Shown: positions 19,379 to 30,760, counted from the stretch's first letter. The stretch: DNA of 64,000 nucleotides from an uncultured Chloroflexia bacterium (GCA_963774265.1 CAVZDU010000009.1:64001-128000); one strand, 5' to 3'. Made by a program: numbers and translations. Notes: generated from the sequence alone by a model not told the origin.

Positions 19379-21163
19379 TCGTACACATGCCCCGCATAGC
19401 GCCGCAAGAACTCCGCTTCCGCCTCCCGCGTCCAGGCGCCGCGCGGGCCGAGCAGGTCATGGACCGATGGCGCCGCGGACTTGAGATCTGCCAGCGCGGT
19501 CAACGGGAACGACTCCACCTGTGGGTAGATGACCATCTTGCCCGGGAAACGGCCGTCCATCAGGCCTTGCATCCCGTCGCGCGCCGCGTCGATGCCGCCG
19601 ATGGCCGCAACCGCGGCTGCGGTGGAGAGCTGGGCGGTGAAGACCTTGTCGAGCACCAGGCCCTGGTCGCGGATCGTCGAGCCGGCGGACCCGGTGATCT
19701 GGCTGCCGCCGAGATACACGTTTGAAAGGTCCAGTTGCGCGATCGTGCCGCGCGCCAGCCCACCGAAGATCTGCAGCATCCCGTCAGGGGCCAGGTGCGG
19801 CATGGCGCTCTCGATCGCGGGCACACTGGCGACGATGACAATGATGTCGTCAAAACCTCCTGAGCGGAGCCCGGAGGCGGAGTCGAAGGAACCGCGCGCT
19901 CCGCGCACCGCGGCTTCATATTCATCGGCGGGCATCTGCTTTGGATTCAACACGGTCAGCTCGACGCCGCGCTCCGCAGCAAGCGGCCCAAAATCGGCCG
20001 TGATCTCGGGGTTGCGCACGAGGTTCGACTCACTCACCAGGATGCGCCGCGGGCCATCCCGCATCTCCAGCATGCGCTGCAGGTGCATCCGTCCCATGGG
20101 ACCGCCGCCGCCGATGATCCACGCGGCGCCCGCGCGGGCGAATCTCCGCACGGTTGGCCGCGTCTCCGTAGGCCGCACCGATATCGGGGCCGCGCGTGCC
20201 GATGTAAACCACATAGTCATAGTGCACGCGACCCGCGTCGACCCGCACAGGCCGCCCCAGCGGCCGCTCACCCACCAGGTTGACCACCGCGCCCGGCGCG
20301 AGGATGGCGGGCAGTGCATCGAGAATGTCGGGAGTGGGGTCGAGCACAATGACGTCGTCGAACCCGCCCGGGGCCTCCGTTGCGGCGAAGTCCGCAAAGC
20401 GGTCAGCCGCGATGCCATCGTGCATCTCCACGGGCGGCCAGGTGAATTGGTCGATGAGCGATTGGGGGACGTTGGTCGCCAGAATCTTGCGCGGCAGGCC
20501 GCAGCACAGGGTGTCGCCGAGTTGATAGTCGACCGCGCGCGGTTGAGCGTCCTTCGACTCCGCCGCTGCGCGGCTCCGCTCAGGATGCTTCGCCCCCACG
20601 ATCCACAACACGCCGTCCTTCTTCACATGGAGCCGGCGCCGCGGGGTGTAGGCCGCCTCGACGCACGCCCACGGCTCGGTCAGCGCCACCTCCGCATACC
20701 CCATTCCCTCGGGCACCGGGATGGCATAGCAGCCCTCATCGCCGTCCAAAGCCGCGGGACCGAGCAGGCTGTACTGCGCCAGGCCGCCCACAAAAACATA
20801 GCCATAGGCCAGGTTCATGCCGCGGTAATAGATATCTGCCTGAAGCACAAGCCGCTGTCCGGGCTGGAAGCGGTCGCGCCACGCCTCGCCCACCTCGACC
20901 ACCGTCATGGTGACCTCATGCCCCTGCACCACCGGGTGGCACGCCAGGTCGCGGTTGTAGAGCCGCGGATGCCCCGAACCCTGGCGGATGACCTTCACGT
21001 CGGAATAGCACAGCCCGACCGCGTCGGAGCGGACAAGAATCTGATCGGGCGCGGGGCGGGGCGTGGTCCAGCGGGCCGGCTTACCGTCCAGGCCAAAATT
21101 CTCGATGCCCGCGCCGTAAAGCGGCCAGGCGAGCATGGTGTCAGGGATATCGCAGATGGGCAT
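19375..21163 (-). CDS. Zn-dependent dehydrogenase, L-sorbose-1-phosphate reductase-like, elongated (frameshift near 20150)
   Basis: GLCYSDVK, QGHE, ALTEPWACV, IGGGGPMG, FPGKMVIYP. Confidence 0.8.
19858..19890 (+). repeat. Palindromic coding-sequence repeat, copy 1
   Basis: TCCTGAGCGGAGC-CCGGAG-GCGGAGTCGAAGGA. Confidence 0.8.
20547..20588 (-). repeat. Palindromic coding-sequence repeat, copy 2
   Basis: Reverse complement GCATCCTGAGCGGAGC-CGCGCAGCG-GCGGAGTCGAAGGACGC. Confidence 0.85.
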
Positions 21164-21346
21164 CTTTCTATTCCAAATTGAAGATTGAAGATCGATGAAC
21201 GGCCCGAACTTCCTTCTTTCGTATTTCTTCTTCCTTGCGTAGTCACGTCCGCGCGATGATAACCTCAATCCCGGTTTTACTCAACTCCAGACGCGCGGCG
21301 TCGGGGAGCGCGTTGCCAGAGGTCAGCAACTTCCCTGCAAAAACAC

Positions 21347-21409
21347 TTTACAACCCACGGGTTTTGTGATAGACTGGGTCATCTAATCGATTGGACAATC
21401 GATTAGATG
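21347..21409 (+). promoter_or_regulatory. lacI-family promoter and double operator
   Basis: TTTACA-17 nt-TAGACT, then perfect inverted repeat CATCTAATCGATTG-GA-CAATCGATTAGATG (21380-21409), each arm containing AATCGATT. Confidence 0.8.
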
Positions 21410-21445
21410 GGGTCGAACCCCTTTTTCAAGAAAGCGACGAGCGCC

Positions 21446-22465
21446 GTGCCCACCATCAAAGATGTTGCGAAACAAGCTGGCGTATCCCCGACGACGGTCT
21501 CCTACGTGCTGACCGGCAGCCGCTTTGTCAGCCCCGGCACCAAGGCGCGCATCCTCGGCGTCATCGCTGAACTCAATTACCAGCCCGACCAGATCGCGCG
21601 CAGCCTGCGCGCGAAGCGCACGATGACCGTCGGCATGATCGTCTCCGATATCACGAACTCGTTCTATGCCGACATAGTGCGCGGCGTAGAGGATATGCTG
21701 CGCGACCGCCATTACAGCCTGATTCTGTGCAACAGCGACGAAGCGCCGGAGCGCGAGCTAGCCACGCTGCAACTGCTCAGCCGCAAGAAGATCGACGGGC
21801 TGATCCTTGTCGCCACCGGCTCGAATGTCGACGCGTTGCGCGCGGCCAGCTTGTCCGGGCTGCCGATTGTCCTGGTCGACCGCCGGTTGCCCGGTGACTG
21901 GCTCGACACCGTCCTGGTCGACGACCGTCAGGGCGCCGAGATCGCCGTGCGGCACCTGCTGCAGCGAGGGCACCGCCGCATAGGCGCGATCATCGGCCGG
22001 CCGGGCATCAGCACGACCGATTCGCGCCGGCTCGGCTACGAAGCGGCCTTGCACGAGTTCGGCGTAGCCTATGACCCGGCCCTGGTTCAGAGCGGCCAAT
22101 CCACGGCACGGGGTGGTGCAGCGGCGGCAAAAGCGCTGCTCGCCCTCCTCCCGCGGCCCAGTGCCATCTTCGCCTCTAACAACCTGATGACGGTCGGGCT
22201 GTTCCTGACGATCAAGGAACACGGCCTGCGCTGCCCGCAAGATCTCGCCGTCATCGGTTTCGACGACGCGGACTGGCTGTCGGCTTTCACGCCCAGCGTA
22301 ACCACCCTTGCCCAGCCGAGCTACGAGCTGGGCGAGAGGGCTGCCGGATTGCTGCTGGACCGGATGACCGGCCAGCCGCCCGCAAGCCCACGCGTGATCG
22401 TATTGCCCGCCACTCTGATCGAACGCGAGTCGTGCGGCTGCCAGATCATGCGCCACACCGAATAA
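21446..22465 (+). CDS. LacI family transcriptional regulator
   Basis: TIKDVAKQAGVSPTTVSYVL, YQPDQIARSL, PQDLAVIGFDD. Confidence 0.95.
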   Translation: MPTIKDVAKQAGVSPTTVSYVLTGSRFVSPGTKARILGVIAELNYQPDQIARSLRAKRTMTVGMIVSDITNSFYADIVRGVEDMLRDRHYSLILCNSDEAPERELATLQLLSRKKIDGLILVATGSNVDALRAASLSGLPIVLVDRRLPGDWLDTVLVDDRQGAEIAVRHLLQRGHRRIGAIIGRPGISTTDSRRLGYEAALHEFGVAYDPALVQSGQSTARGGAAAAKALLALLPRPSAIFASNNLMTVGLFLTIKEHGLRCPQDLAVIGFDDADWLSAFTPSVTTLAQPSYELGERAAGLLLDRMTGQPPASPRVIVLPATLIERESCGCQIMRHTE

Positions 22466-22591
22466 GTGGGAACAACGCCGGCCATTGCCGCAGGGCGCAG
22501 CGCCCGGAAGGAGGTATTGCGACTGAAATTGAAAATCGACCACTCTCACGCGATGCCGTTTCCAATCCAAGCTTTAAAGAAGAGGAGAACC

Positions 22592-24657
22592 ATGAAAGCC
22601 AAACGTGTCCTTCAACTGTGCAGTATCGTGCTCGTGCTGGCGATGGCGTTGACCGCGTGCGCGCCCGTCACGGCGCCGTCCGCGCCCGTCCCAGCTGCCA
22701 CCCAGGCGCCGGCCGCCGTGCAAGCGCCCGCAGCCACCGCAGCGCCCGCCGCCGTGCAAGCGCCCGCAGCCACCGCAGCCCCGGCAGCCGCCGCGCCAGC
22801 CGCGACTGAAGCCCCGGCAGCCGCCGCCCCGGTCGCCCAAAAGAGCTACAAGATCGGTTTCCTGGCGGGTGTCCAAGACCCGTTCTACTTTACGATGCAG
22901 CGCGGCGCGCAACAGGCCGCGGCTGATCTGGGCGTGGAGCTGGTGGTGCAGATCCCCAAGAACTGGAATGTCACCGACCAGACGCCCATGCTCGATGCCA
23001 TGGTCGCACGGGGCGACCTGGATTTCCTGTTCCTGGCCCCGGTTGACAAGGACGCCATGATCGCGCCGCTCAAGAAGGCCAACGACGCGGGCATGCCGAT
23101 CCTCACCGTGGACACCTTCATCGGCGATGGCGACTATGTGAACGGACCGGTCACCTTCCCGCTCTCCTTCATCGCATCTGATAACAAAGAAGGCGGCGTG
23201 ATCGCCTGCACCGCGCTGGCGGAGTCGCTGGGTAAGAAGGGCTCGATCTACATCCAGAACGTCAAGCGCGGCATCAGCTCCACCGACGCCCGCGAAGACG
23301 GCTGCAAGGAAGCGCTCAAGAACTACCCGGATGTCAAGCTGGTGGCCGTCGACTACAACGACGATGACCCCTCCAAGGCGCAGGCGCAGGTCGAGGCCAT
23401 GCTGCAGAAGACCCCCGACCTGGGCGGCATCTTCGGAACGAACGTGTTCAGCGCCCAGGGTGCGGGCACGGTCGTCAAGAACAAGGGCCTCAGCGGCAAG
23501 GTGAAGGTCGTCGCCTTTGACGCGACCGCGGATGCGATCAGCATGCTCAAGGGCAACACGGTTGACCTCGTCATCGCCCAAAAGCCTTCCGACATGGGTT
23601 ATCTCGCGGTCGAGATGGCCGTCGCGTATCTTGACGGCGTGACCAGCGTCCCGAAGCACATCCCGACGGGCTATGCGATCATCACGCGCGACAACATGAA
23701 CGACCCCAACGTCTCCCAGTTCTTCTACACGGCCGACGTGCCTGCCGCGCAAGTCCAAGACCAAGGACTTCAAGCTCGGCTTCCTGGCGGGCGTCCAAGA
23801 CCCGTTCTACTTCACGATGCAACGCGGCGCGGAACCGGCCTCAAGCCGTTTCGGCAATGAACTGGTGGTGCAAATCCCCAAGAACTGGAATGTCACCGAC
23901 CAGACGCCCATGCTCGATGCCATGGTCGCACGCGGCGATCTGAAGCTCCTGTTCCTGGCCCCGGTTGACAAGGACGCCATGATCGCGCCGCTCAAGAAAG
24001 CCAACGATGCCGGCATGCCCATCATCACGGTGGACACCTTCATCGGCGATGGCGACTATGTGAACGGACCGGTCACCTTCCCGCTCTCCTTCATCGCATC
24101 CGATAACAAAGAGGGCGGCGTGATCGCCTGCAGCGCGCTGGCGGAATCGCTGGGCAAGAAGGGCTCGATCTACATCCAGAACGTCAAGCGCGGCATCAGC
24201 ACCACCGACGCCCGCGAAGACGGCTGCAAGGAAGCGCTCAAGAACTACCCGGATGTCACAGCTGGTGGCCGTCGACTACAACGACGATGACCCCTCCAAG
24301 GCGCAGGCGCAGGTCGAGGCCATGCTCCAGAAGACCCCCGACCTGGGCGGCATCTTCGGAACGAACGTGTTCAGCGCCCAGGGCGCGGGCACGGTCGTCA
24401 AGAACAAGGGCCTCAGCGGCAAGGTGAAGGTCGTCGCCTTTGACGCGACCGCGGACGCCATCGACATGCTCAAGGGCGGCACCGTCGACCTCGTCATCGC
24501 CCAAAAGCCGGGCGATATGGGCTACATGGCTGTCGAGATGGCCATGGCATATCTGAACGGCGTGACGAGCTACCCGCGGCACATCCCGACGGGCTATGCG
24601 ATCATCACGCGCGACAACATGAACGACCCCAACATCTCCAAGTTCTTCTACCAGTAA
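22592..24657 (+). CDS. Sugar ABC substrate-binding lipoprotein with two tandem near-identical RbsB-like domains (2 frameshifts)
   Basis: Lipobox LTAC, Ala/Pro linker; domain KIGFLAGVQDPFYF..FFY at about 22841-23729, repeated at about 23763-24654. Confidence 0.85.
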
Positions 24658-24664
24658 CGGAACG

Positions 24665-24697
24665 GTTGGGCCAGGGAGGCGATCTCCCTGGCCCAAC
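24665..24697 (+). terminator. Stem-loop after the SBP gene (mRNA stabiliser or partial terminator)
   Basis: GTTGGGCCAGGGAG/CTCCCTGGCCCAAC perfect 14-bp stem, no U tract. Confidence 0.6.
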
Positions 24698-24827
24698 GGA
24701 TGGCACGTGGGTCACGCACCACCTGCATGATTTGCGATTCTCGCACGCTCAACCTAAAATTTATTATCTGGCCGTTCGCAGCATTTCTGAAGTCTAGTCA
24801 TCCATCACGTGACAGGGAGGTCCACCC

Positions 24828-25943
24828 ATGGCGGTAGCATCGAACAAAGACGCTCAGCAGACCGCCCGCAAGTCCAGCCGAACCCGGGCCGAGAACCTGG
24901 AGCGAATCCGTATGGCCTGGCCCTGGGTATTCCTCATTCTGCTGGTGTTGGCGTTCACCATTACATCCAAACAGCTCAACAATGTAAACTTCCTCAGCCC
25001 CCGGGCCATCCAGGGCATCCTGGTCTACACAACACAAATCCTGCTCATCGGCCTGGCCGAAACATTCATCATCATCACCGCCGGGATTGACCTGTCGGTC
25101 GGGTGGACGCTGGGCTTTGCCTCGGTGGTTGCCGCCATGGTGATGAAGGCGCTCAATCAAACCGCAGCGCCGCCCGTTGTGGTGATCGGCGCCGGCGCTC
25201 TGGCCGGCATTCTCATCACCGTCATACCCGGTCTGGTCAGCGGCGTCCTGATCGCCCGCCTCAAGGTGCCGTCCTTCATTACCACGCTGGGCGTGGGCAT
25301 CCTGGTGGAAGGCGCGGCGCTCTTGCTGAGCAAAGGCTATCCCATCGCAAATCAGCCGGACTACCTGGGCCAATTGGGGAATGGCTCGATCATCAACTGG
25401 AACCCGGGAAAGTGGTTCACCTTCTTCAACGTCCCGTCCACGGCCGTCCAGGCCGATTTGCAGAAAAACATCCCGCTGATCCCCAATATCGTCTTCGTCA
25501 CCATTATCGTCACGGCGGTGTGTTGGTTCATCCTTGCCAAGACGCAGTTTGGCCAGCATCTGTACGCCATCGGCGGCAACTTCGAGGCGGCCATGCGCGC
25601 CGGCATCCCGGTTCGGCGTACGCTGATCAAGGTCTACATTCTTGCGTCGGTGTTGGCCGGCATCGCCGGCGTGGTGTGGGCCGCCCGCTTCACCAGCGGC
25701 GCGTACAACGGTGGCGAGACGACGCCGATGACCGCCATCGCTGCAACCGTGATCGGTGGGGCCAGCCTGTTCGGCGGCGAGGGCCGGGTGATCGGCACGA
25801 TTGTCGGCGCGCTCATTATCGCCACGATTCAATACGGGCTGGTGGTGCTGGGTGTCCTGCCCTTCTGGCAGTATATCGCGGTAGGCATTGTCTTGATCAT
25901 CGCCGTCGTGGTGGAGCAGTTCGGCCGCGGCTTGGGCAAATGA
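24828..25943 (+). CDS. Monosaccharide ABC permease (RbsC family)
   Basis: IITAGIDLSVG, FGQHLYAIGGNFEAAMRAGI, IAATVIGGASLFGG. Confidence 0.93.
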   Translation: MAVASNKDAQQTARKSSRTRAENLERIRMAWPWVFLILLVLAFTITSKQLNNVNFLSPRAIQGILVYTTQILLIGLAETFIIITAGIDLSVGWTLGFASVVAAMVMKALNQTAAPPVVVIGAGALAGILITVIPGLVSGVLIARLKVPSFITTLGVGILVEGAALLLSKGYPIANQPDYLGQLGNGSIINWNPGKWFTFFNVPSTAVQADLQKNIPLIPNIVFVTIIVTAVCWFILAKTQFGQHLYAIGGNFEAAMRAGIPVRRTLIKVYILASVLAGIAGVVWAARFTSGAYNGGETTPMTAIAATVIGGASLFGGEGRVIGTIVGALIIATIQYGLVVLGVLPFWQYIAVGIVLIIAVVVEQFGRGLGK

Positions 25944-25956
25944 GGGAGGGATCAGC

Positions 25957-26757
25957 GTGACGACACTTTTGCAGGCAGTCAACCTCACCAAGCGCTTTGG
26001 CGGCCTGACCGCCGTGGATCAGGTGAGCCTCGATGTCAACACCGGCGAAGTGATCGGGCTGGTGGGCGACAACGGCGCGGGCAAATCCACACTGATCAAG
26101 ATGATCGCCGGCGTCTATCAACCCGACGACGGCGAGATCTTCTTCGACGGCAAGAAGGTGGAATTTGGCAGCCCGCGTGCGGCGCGCGACCTGGGCATCG
26201 AGACGATTTACCAGGACCTGGCGCTGGCCGAAAATCTGGACGTCGGCTCGAACATTTTCCTGGGTCGCGAGATCAAACGGCCCTACCTGGGCGGTCTGGT
26301 CCACACGCTCGACAGACCCAAGATGCGCACCGAGTCGGCGGGCATCCTGGACCGGCTGGACATTCGCATCCCCTCCCTCACCCAGCAGATTCGCAACCTG
26401 TCCGGCGGCCAGCGGCAGGCCGTCGCCATTGCGCGCACGATCTACTGGAACGCCAAGCTCGTCATCATGGACGAACCGACCGCGGCGCTGGGCGTGGCCG
26501 AGCAGCGCAAAGTGCTGACGTTGGTGCGGACACTTTGCGAGCAGGGTGTGCCGGTGGTCATCATCAGCCACAACATGCAAGACGTCTTCGCCGTTTCGGA
26601 TCGCATCATCGTCATGCGGCGCGGCAAAAAGGTGGGCGAGTTAATCGCCAAGAAGACCACGCCGGACGAAGTGGTGAGCCTCATGGTCGGCGCCGAGGCC
26701 GTCCACGAGATGGGCGTCATCCCGCAAGGATTGGAGAACGAAGCGCTTTCGGCCTGA
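25957..26757 (+). CDS. Monosaccharide ABC ATP-binding protein (single domain)
   Basis: GDNGAGKS, LSGGQRQ, IMDEPT, ISHN. Confidence 0.95.
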   Translation: MTTLLQAVNLTKRFGGLTAVDQVSLDVNTGEVIGLVGDNGAGKSTLIKMIAGVYQPDDGEIFFDGKKVEFGSPRAARDLGIETIYQDLALAENLDVGSNIFLGREIKRPYLGGLVHTLDRPKMRTESAGILDRLDIRIPSLTQQIRNLSGGQRQAVAIARTIYWNAKLVIMDEPTAALGVAEQRKVLTLVRTLCEQGVPVVIISHNMQDVFAVSDRIIVMRRGKKVGELIAKKTTPDEVVSLMVGAEAVHEMGVIPQGLENEALSA

Positions 26758-26795
26758 CAACCAGAATTAACTTGGTCCTATGGATTAAAACGTTC

Positions 26796-26837
26796 TTGAC
26801 AACTGCCACGGGGCATCCTACAATAGCACTCGTGGCA
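26796..26837 (+). promoter_or_regulatory. Promoter of the second ABC operon with flanking inverted repeat
   Basis: TTGACA-17 nt-TACAAT; TGCCACG(26804)..CGTGGCA(26837) brackets the -10. Confidence 0.7.
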
Positions 26838-27149
26838 ATTTCGCCGCACGGTCGTCGGCGTCTGACGGCTAGAACACTTGTGGCGGCTCCGGCAGTCGCC
26901 CTCACGTCGCCGTCACCTCCGATCCCCGTGCACAGCCTCCTATCTCGATATTGCGTCGATGCTATCATCACCGCGGCCACTGCCCGCCGACTGGTCCGCG
27001 CAAACCGATCGACGCAGACACCGATGTTGATGGAAAGGGGGTGGTCACGCCGGAACGCGCTCTGGTCTCCTGGGTTCACGCAGGGTACATGAGGTCTCCA
27101 TCAAGGCGAAGCGGAGGCCGACAGCGTCTATGTCAAGGAGGACTCTCTA

Positions 27150-28934
27150 ATGAAGCGCATCGCCGCATCCATCAGTCTCATCGTCATCCTCAGCATGCTC
27201 CTCACTTCCTGCGCCACACCTACCCCGCAGGTCGTCGAGAAGGTCGTCGAGAAGGTCGTCACCCAGGTGGTGGAGAAGGAAGTCAAGGTCGTCGAGACCC
27301 AGGTGGTGACCCAGGAGAAGATCGTCGAGAAGCAGGTGGAGGTAACGCCTACGCCTGCACCGACCGCAGCTCCGCAGGTATTCAATGGCTGGCCCGCGAT
27401 TGATGAGGCCGAGGCCAAGACCGCCCAAGCCGCCTGGGATGCCGTCGATAAGGGCAAGCCCGACCCGGCCTGGAAGGGCAAAAAGTTCACCATCGGTGTT
27501 TACTCGGCCGGCCAACGCGGCGCTATCTCCGGACCCACCTACTTCTTCCGCCAGAAGTTCGAAGAACTAACCGGCGCGACCTACGACATCGTAGAGATTC
27601 CCTTCGCCGAAATGCGCGAGAAGATCTTCACCGACTTCCAGACCGGCGCGCACAAGTACGACATGATCATCAACTGCTCGAACTACTACGGCGACTACAT
27701 CGCCAACGATTTCGTCCAGTCCATCGACCCATTCTTGACCGACCCCCGTATGCCCAAGCAAGATTTGGAGTCCATCGGTCCTGCCGTGCGAAACCTGTAT
27801 CAATGGAATGGCAAGTACTACGGCACCAGTTACGATCACGACGCCATGATCCTGTACTGGCGCAAGGACATCTTGGACGATCCCAAGTGGCAGGCCGAGT
27901 ACAAGAAGGAAACGGGCAAGGATATGCCCGTAGCTATGGACACCTGGGAGGACCTGATCTCCATCGCCCAGTTCTTCAACGGCAAGGACTGGAACGGCGA
28001 TGGCGACCCGGATGATGGCATCACGCTGCACCTGAAGGTCGGCGGTCAGGGCTACTTCCACTATATGGCGTTCGCCGCACCCTACGTAGTACTTCCCGCG
28101 CCCGGCGACGATCCCACGAAAGTCACCAAGTACAACAACATCTTCTACTTCGATCCCGATACCATGGAAGTGCTGATCAACTCGCCCGGTCACGTCAAGG
28201 CACTGGAACAATTGATTGCACTGTCCAAGAACGGCCCCAGCGCCATGTGGGGCTGGAGCCTCGGCGAAGCCTGGGCGGACTTCCTCTCCGGCAACGCGAT
28301 CATGACCTTCTCCTGGGGCGATGTCGGCGCACTCGCGCAGGACCTGACCCAGTCAAAGGTCCAAGGTCTGATCGGAGCACGCGGTCTCCCCGGCACCAAG
28401 CAACCCTACGACAGAGAAACGAAGCAGTTCCTGAATCTGGACAAGGCCAACATGGTCGGCAACCAGGTGGGCTGCTCGTGGCATCCGGTCCTCAGCAAGT
28501 TCGCCAAGGACCCAGATTTGACCTACTACTGGATGGCACTCATGGGTGCGCAGCCGATCAACCACTGGATGGTCGAATACGGCTGGACGGGCGTGAACCC
28601 GGGCACCAGCTATGACTGGCTCCAGCCCACCGGCAAAGCGACCATCGAAGATTACACCCAGGCAGGCTGGAACGCGGTGGACGCCAAGTCCTACGTCGAC
28701 GCGTACACCGACGATTTCTTCAACTATCCGATCTTCCAGACCTACATCCGCATCCCCGGCACCACCGAGATGATGACCTCCTGGGATATCCACCTCTCCG
28801 AGGCGATCACCGGTCAGATCACGCCGCAGGAAGCGTTGGATCGCACCAAGGCAGACTGGGAGGCGATCATCGACGAGCAGGGCAAAGATAATCTACTGAA
28901 GCTGTACCAGGATTCGATCGGCTACAAGCCGTAA
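27150..28934 (+). CDS. Carbohydrate (CUT1) ABC substrate-binding lipoprotein
   Basis: Lipobox LTSC, V/E/K-rich linker, LYWRKDI..TWEDL, family-1 SBP pattern. Confidence 0.9.
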   Translation: MKRIAASISLIVILSMLLTSCATPTPQVVEKVVEKVVTQVVEKEVKVVETQVVTQEKIVEKQVEVTPTPAPTAAPQVFNGWPAIDEAEAKTAQAAWDAVDKGKPDPAWKGKKFTIGVYSAGQRGAISGPTYFFRQKFEELTGATYDIVEIPFAEMREKIFTDFQTGAHKYDMIINCSNYYGDYIANDFVQSIDPFLTDPRMPKQDLESIGPAVRNLYQWNGKYYGTSYDHDAMILYWRKDILDDPKWQAEYKKETGKDMPVAMDTWEDLISIAQFFNGKDWNGDGDPDDGITLHLKVGGQGYFHYMAFAAPYVVLPAPGDDPTKVTKYNNIFYFDPDTMEVLINSPGHVKALEQLIALSKNGPSAMWGWSLGEAWADFLSGNAIMTFSWGDVGALAQDLTQSKVQGLIGARGLPGTKQPYDRETKQFLNLDKANMVGNQVGCSWHPVLSKFAKDPDLTYYWMALMGAQPINHWMVEYGWTGVNPGTSYDWLQPTGKATIEDYTQAGWNAVDAKSYVDAYTDDFFNYPIFQTYIRIPGTTEMMTSWDIHLSEAITGQITPQEALDRTKADWEAIIDEQGKDNLLKLYQDSIGYKP

Positions 28935-28953
28935 CTCTCGCTCGTCTGTCCCT

Positions 28954-28995
28954 GCGGTAACGACTTCAGCCATGAAGGACTGAAGTCGTTACCGC
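28954..28995. repeat. Perfect 16-bp stem-loop after the SBP gene (REP-like)
   Basis: GCGGTAACGACTTCAG..CTGAAGTCGTTACCGC. Confidence 0.7.
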
Positions 28996-29025
28996 GCACC
29001 AGGTGCGATGTCCGCGAGGTGAGTC

Positions 29026-29892
29026 ATGCTCCAGCGAAACCGTATCAGATATCTCTTCGTGCTGCCGGGCATCATCTGGGTCCTGATGCTTTACCGTGTT
29101 TCCGCTGCTCTATTCGCTGCGACTCAGCTTCATGCAGGCGAAGATGGGCACACCCTCGCGCTTCATCGGCCTGAACAACTACATTCGCGCGTTCAAGGAT
29201 TATCGCGTGCTGGATTCAGCCCAGGTGACCCTGTTCTTTGTGGTCTGCCAGTGTCCTCCTGACCGTGCTGACCGGATTGGGGCTCGCGCTCCTCTTCCAT
29301 CGGTCGATCCGAGGGCAGAAGGCCTTTCGTGCTCTCTTCACCATGCCCATGTTCACTGCGCCGATCGCGCTCGGGTTACCTGGGGCTGACGATTTTCCAT
29401 GAGCAAGTAGGCGCCATCAACACGATCTTGCGCGCGCTGGGCGTCGAGCACCTTCCCGCATGGTTCTCCGCAGTGTGGCCGGCTCGCATCGCGATCGTGC
29501 TGGTCGACATGTGGCAGTGGACACCATTCTGCTTCCTCGTGCTGCTCGCTGGACTTCAGGCGCTGCCCGACGAGATCTACGAAGCGGCAGTCCTCGACAC
29601 ATCTTCGTCTTGGGATACATTCCGCTGGGTGACGCTTCCGCTGCTCAGCCCGGTGCTTTTCACTGTGACAATCCTGCGCCTTGTCGAAGCGTTCAAGGTG
29701 CTTGATATACCTTTCAGCATGACCAGCGGCGGTCCAGGCGCCGCGACGCAAACCTACTCGTTTTATGTCTATCTAACGGGCTTGCGTAATTTCAACCAGG
29801 GTTACGCCTCCGCGCTGGCTTATTTGTTGCTGATCGTCATGATGATCATCGCGACGTTCTTCTTCAGCCGCATGCGGGCCAACTACGAATAA
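29026..29892 (+). CDS. CUT1 ABC permease (frameshifted)
   Basis: FIGLNNY, DMWQWTPF..LAGLQALPDEIYEAA, TSGGPG. Confidence 0.9.
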
Positions 29893-29902
29893 GGAGGGTC
29901 CT

Positions 29903-30760
29903 GTGTATCAGCGCAAAAACTCACCTATCGTCAACGCCTTGCTGTGGCTGGTGATCCTGGTCGCAACAGTTTGGTGCGTATTCCCCTTCTATTGGGCCTT
30001 GGTGACGTCGTTCAAGCCGCGCGAGGTCATCCTGACCCGCCCAGCGATCATCCCTTGGCTTGACTTCAAGCCGACCTTGTTCAACTGGGCCAACGAATTC
30101 GGCACTCGCTGGCCGGAGATCAGCACGGCGCGTTGGCCAACAGCCTGATCATCGCAATCGGCGCGTCAATCATTGCGGTCGGCCTCGGCACCATGGCCGG
30201 GTATGGGCTGGCCCGCTTCAAGTACCGGCGCTGGAACAACCGCAACCTGACCGTCTGGTTCCTTTCTCAGCGGTTCCTGCCGCCCGTGGTCACCGTGATT
30301 CCATTCTTCCTGTTGATCCAGGTTCTCGATCTGACCGATACACACCTGGCCTTGATCCTGGCAAACGCGACGTTCACCATGCCCTTCGCGGTGCTGAACG
30401 CTGCGGGACGTGTTCAAGGATCTGCCCATCGAGTTGGAGGAGTCGGCCTGGGTCGATGGCGCTTCGCCGTGGCAGGCGTTCTGGATGATCGCTCTGCCGT
30501 TGGCCGCGCCTGCGGTTGCTGCGGCCGCCGTCATCTGCTTTGCGTTCGCCTGGAACGAGTTCCTGTTCGGTCTGATCTTGAGCTATCAGAACGCACAACC
30601 GATTACCGTCATTATCGCCGGGATGGAGCACACCCAAGGCATCCAGTTCCACCAGGTAGCCACCCGCCTGTTGCTGGCCATCCTCCCGCCTGCGCTGCTG
30701 GCCCTGACCGCACAACGCTACATCGTGCGCGGCCTGACCTTCGGCGCAGTCAAAGGCTAA
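29903..30760 (+). CDS. CUT1 ABC permease (frameshifted)
   Basis: FPFYWALVTSFK, LPIELEESAWVDGAS, AWNEFLF, RGLTFGAVKG. Confidence 0.9.

Noticed and set aside
22700-22830. Short tandem repeats here and at 27231-27340, 48700-48875 and 61347-61382 as CRISPR arrays
   Set aside because: They are in-frame low-complexity linkers or coiled coils without unique spacers, and there are no cas genes in the window
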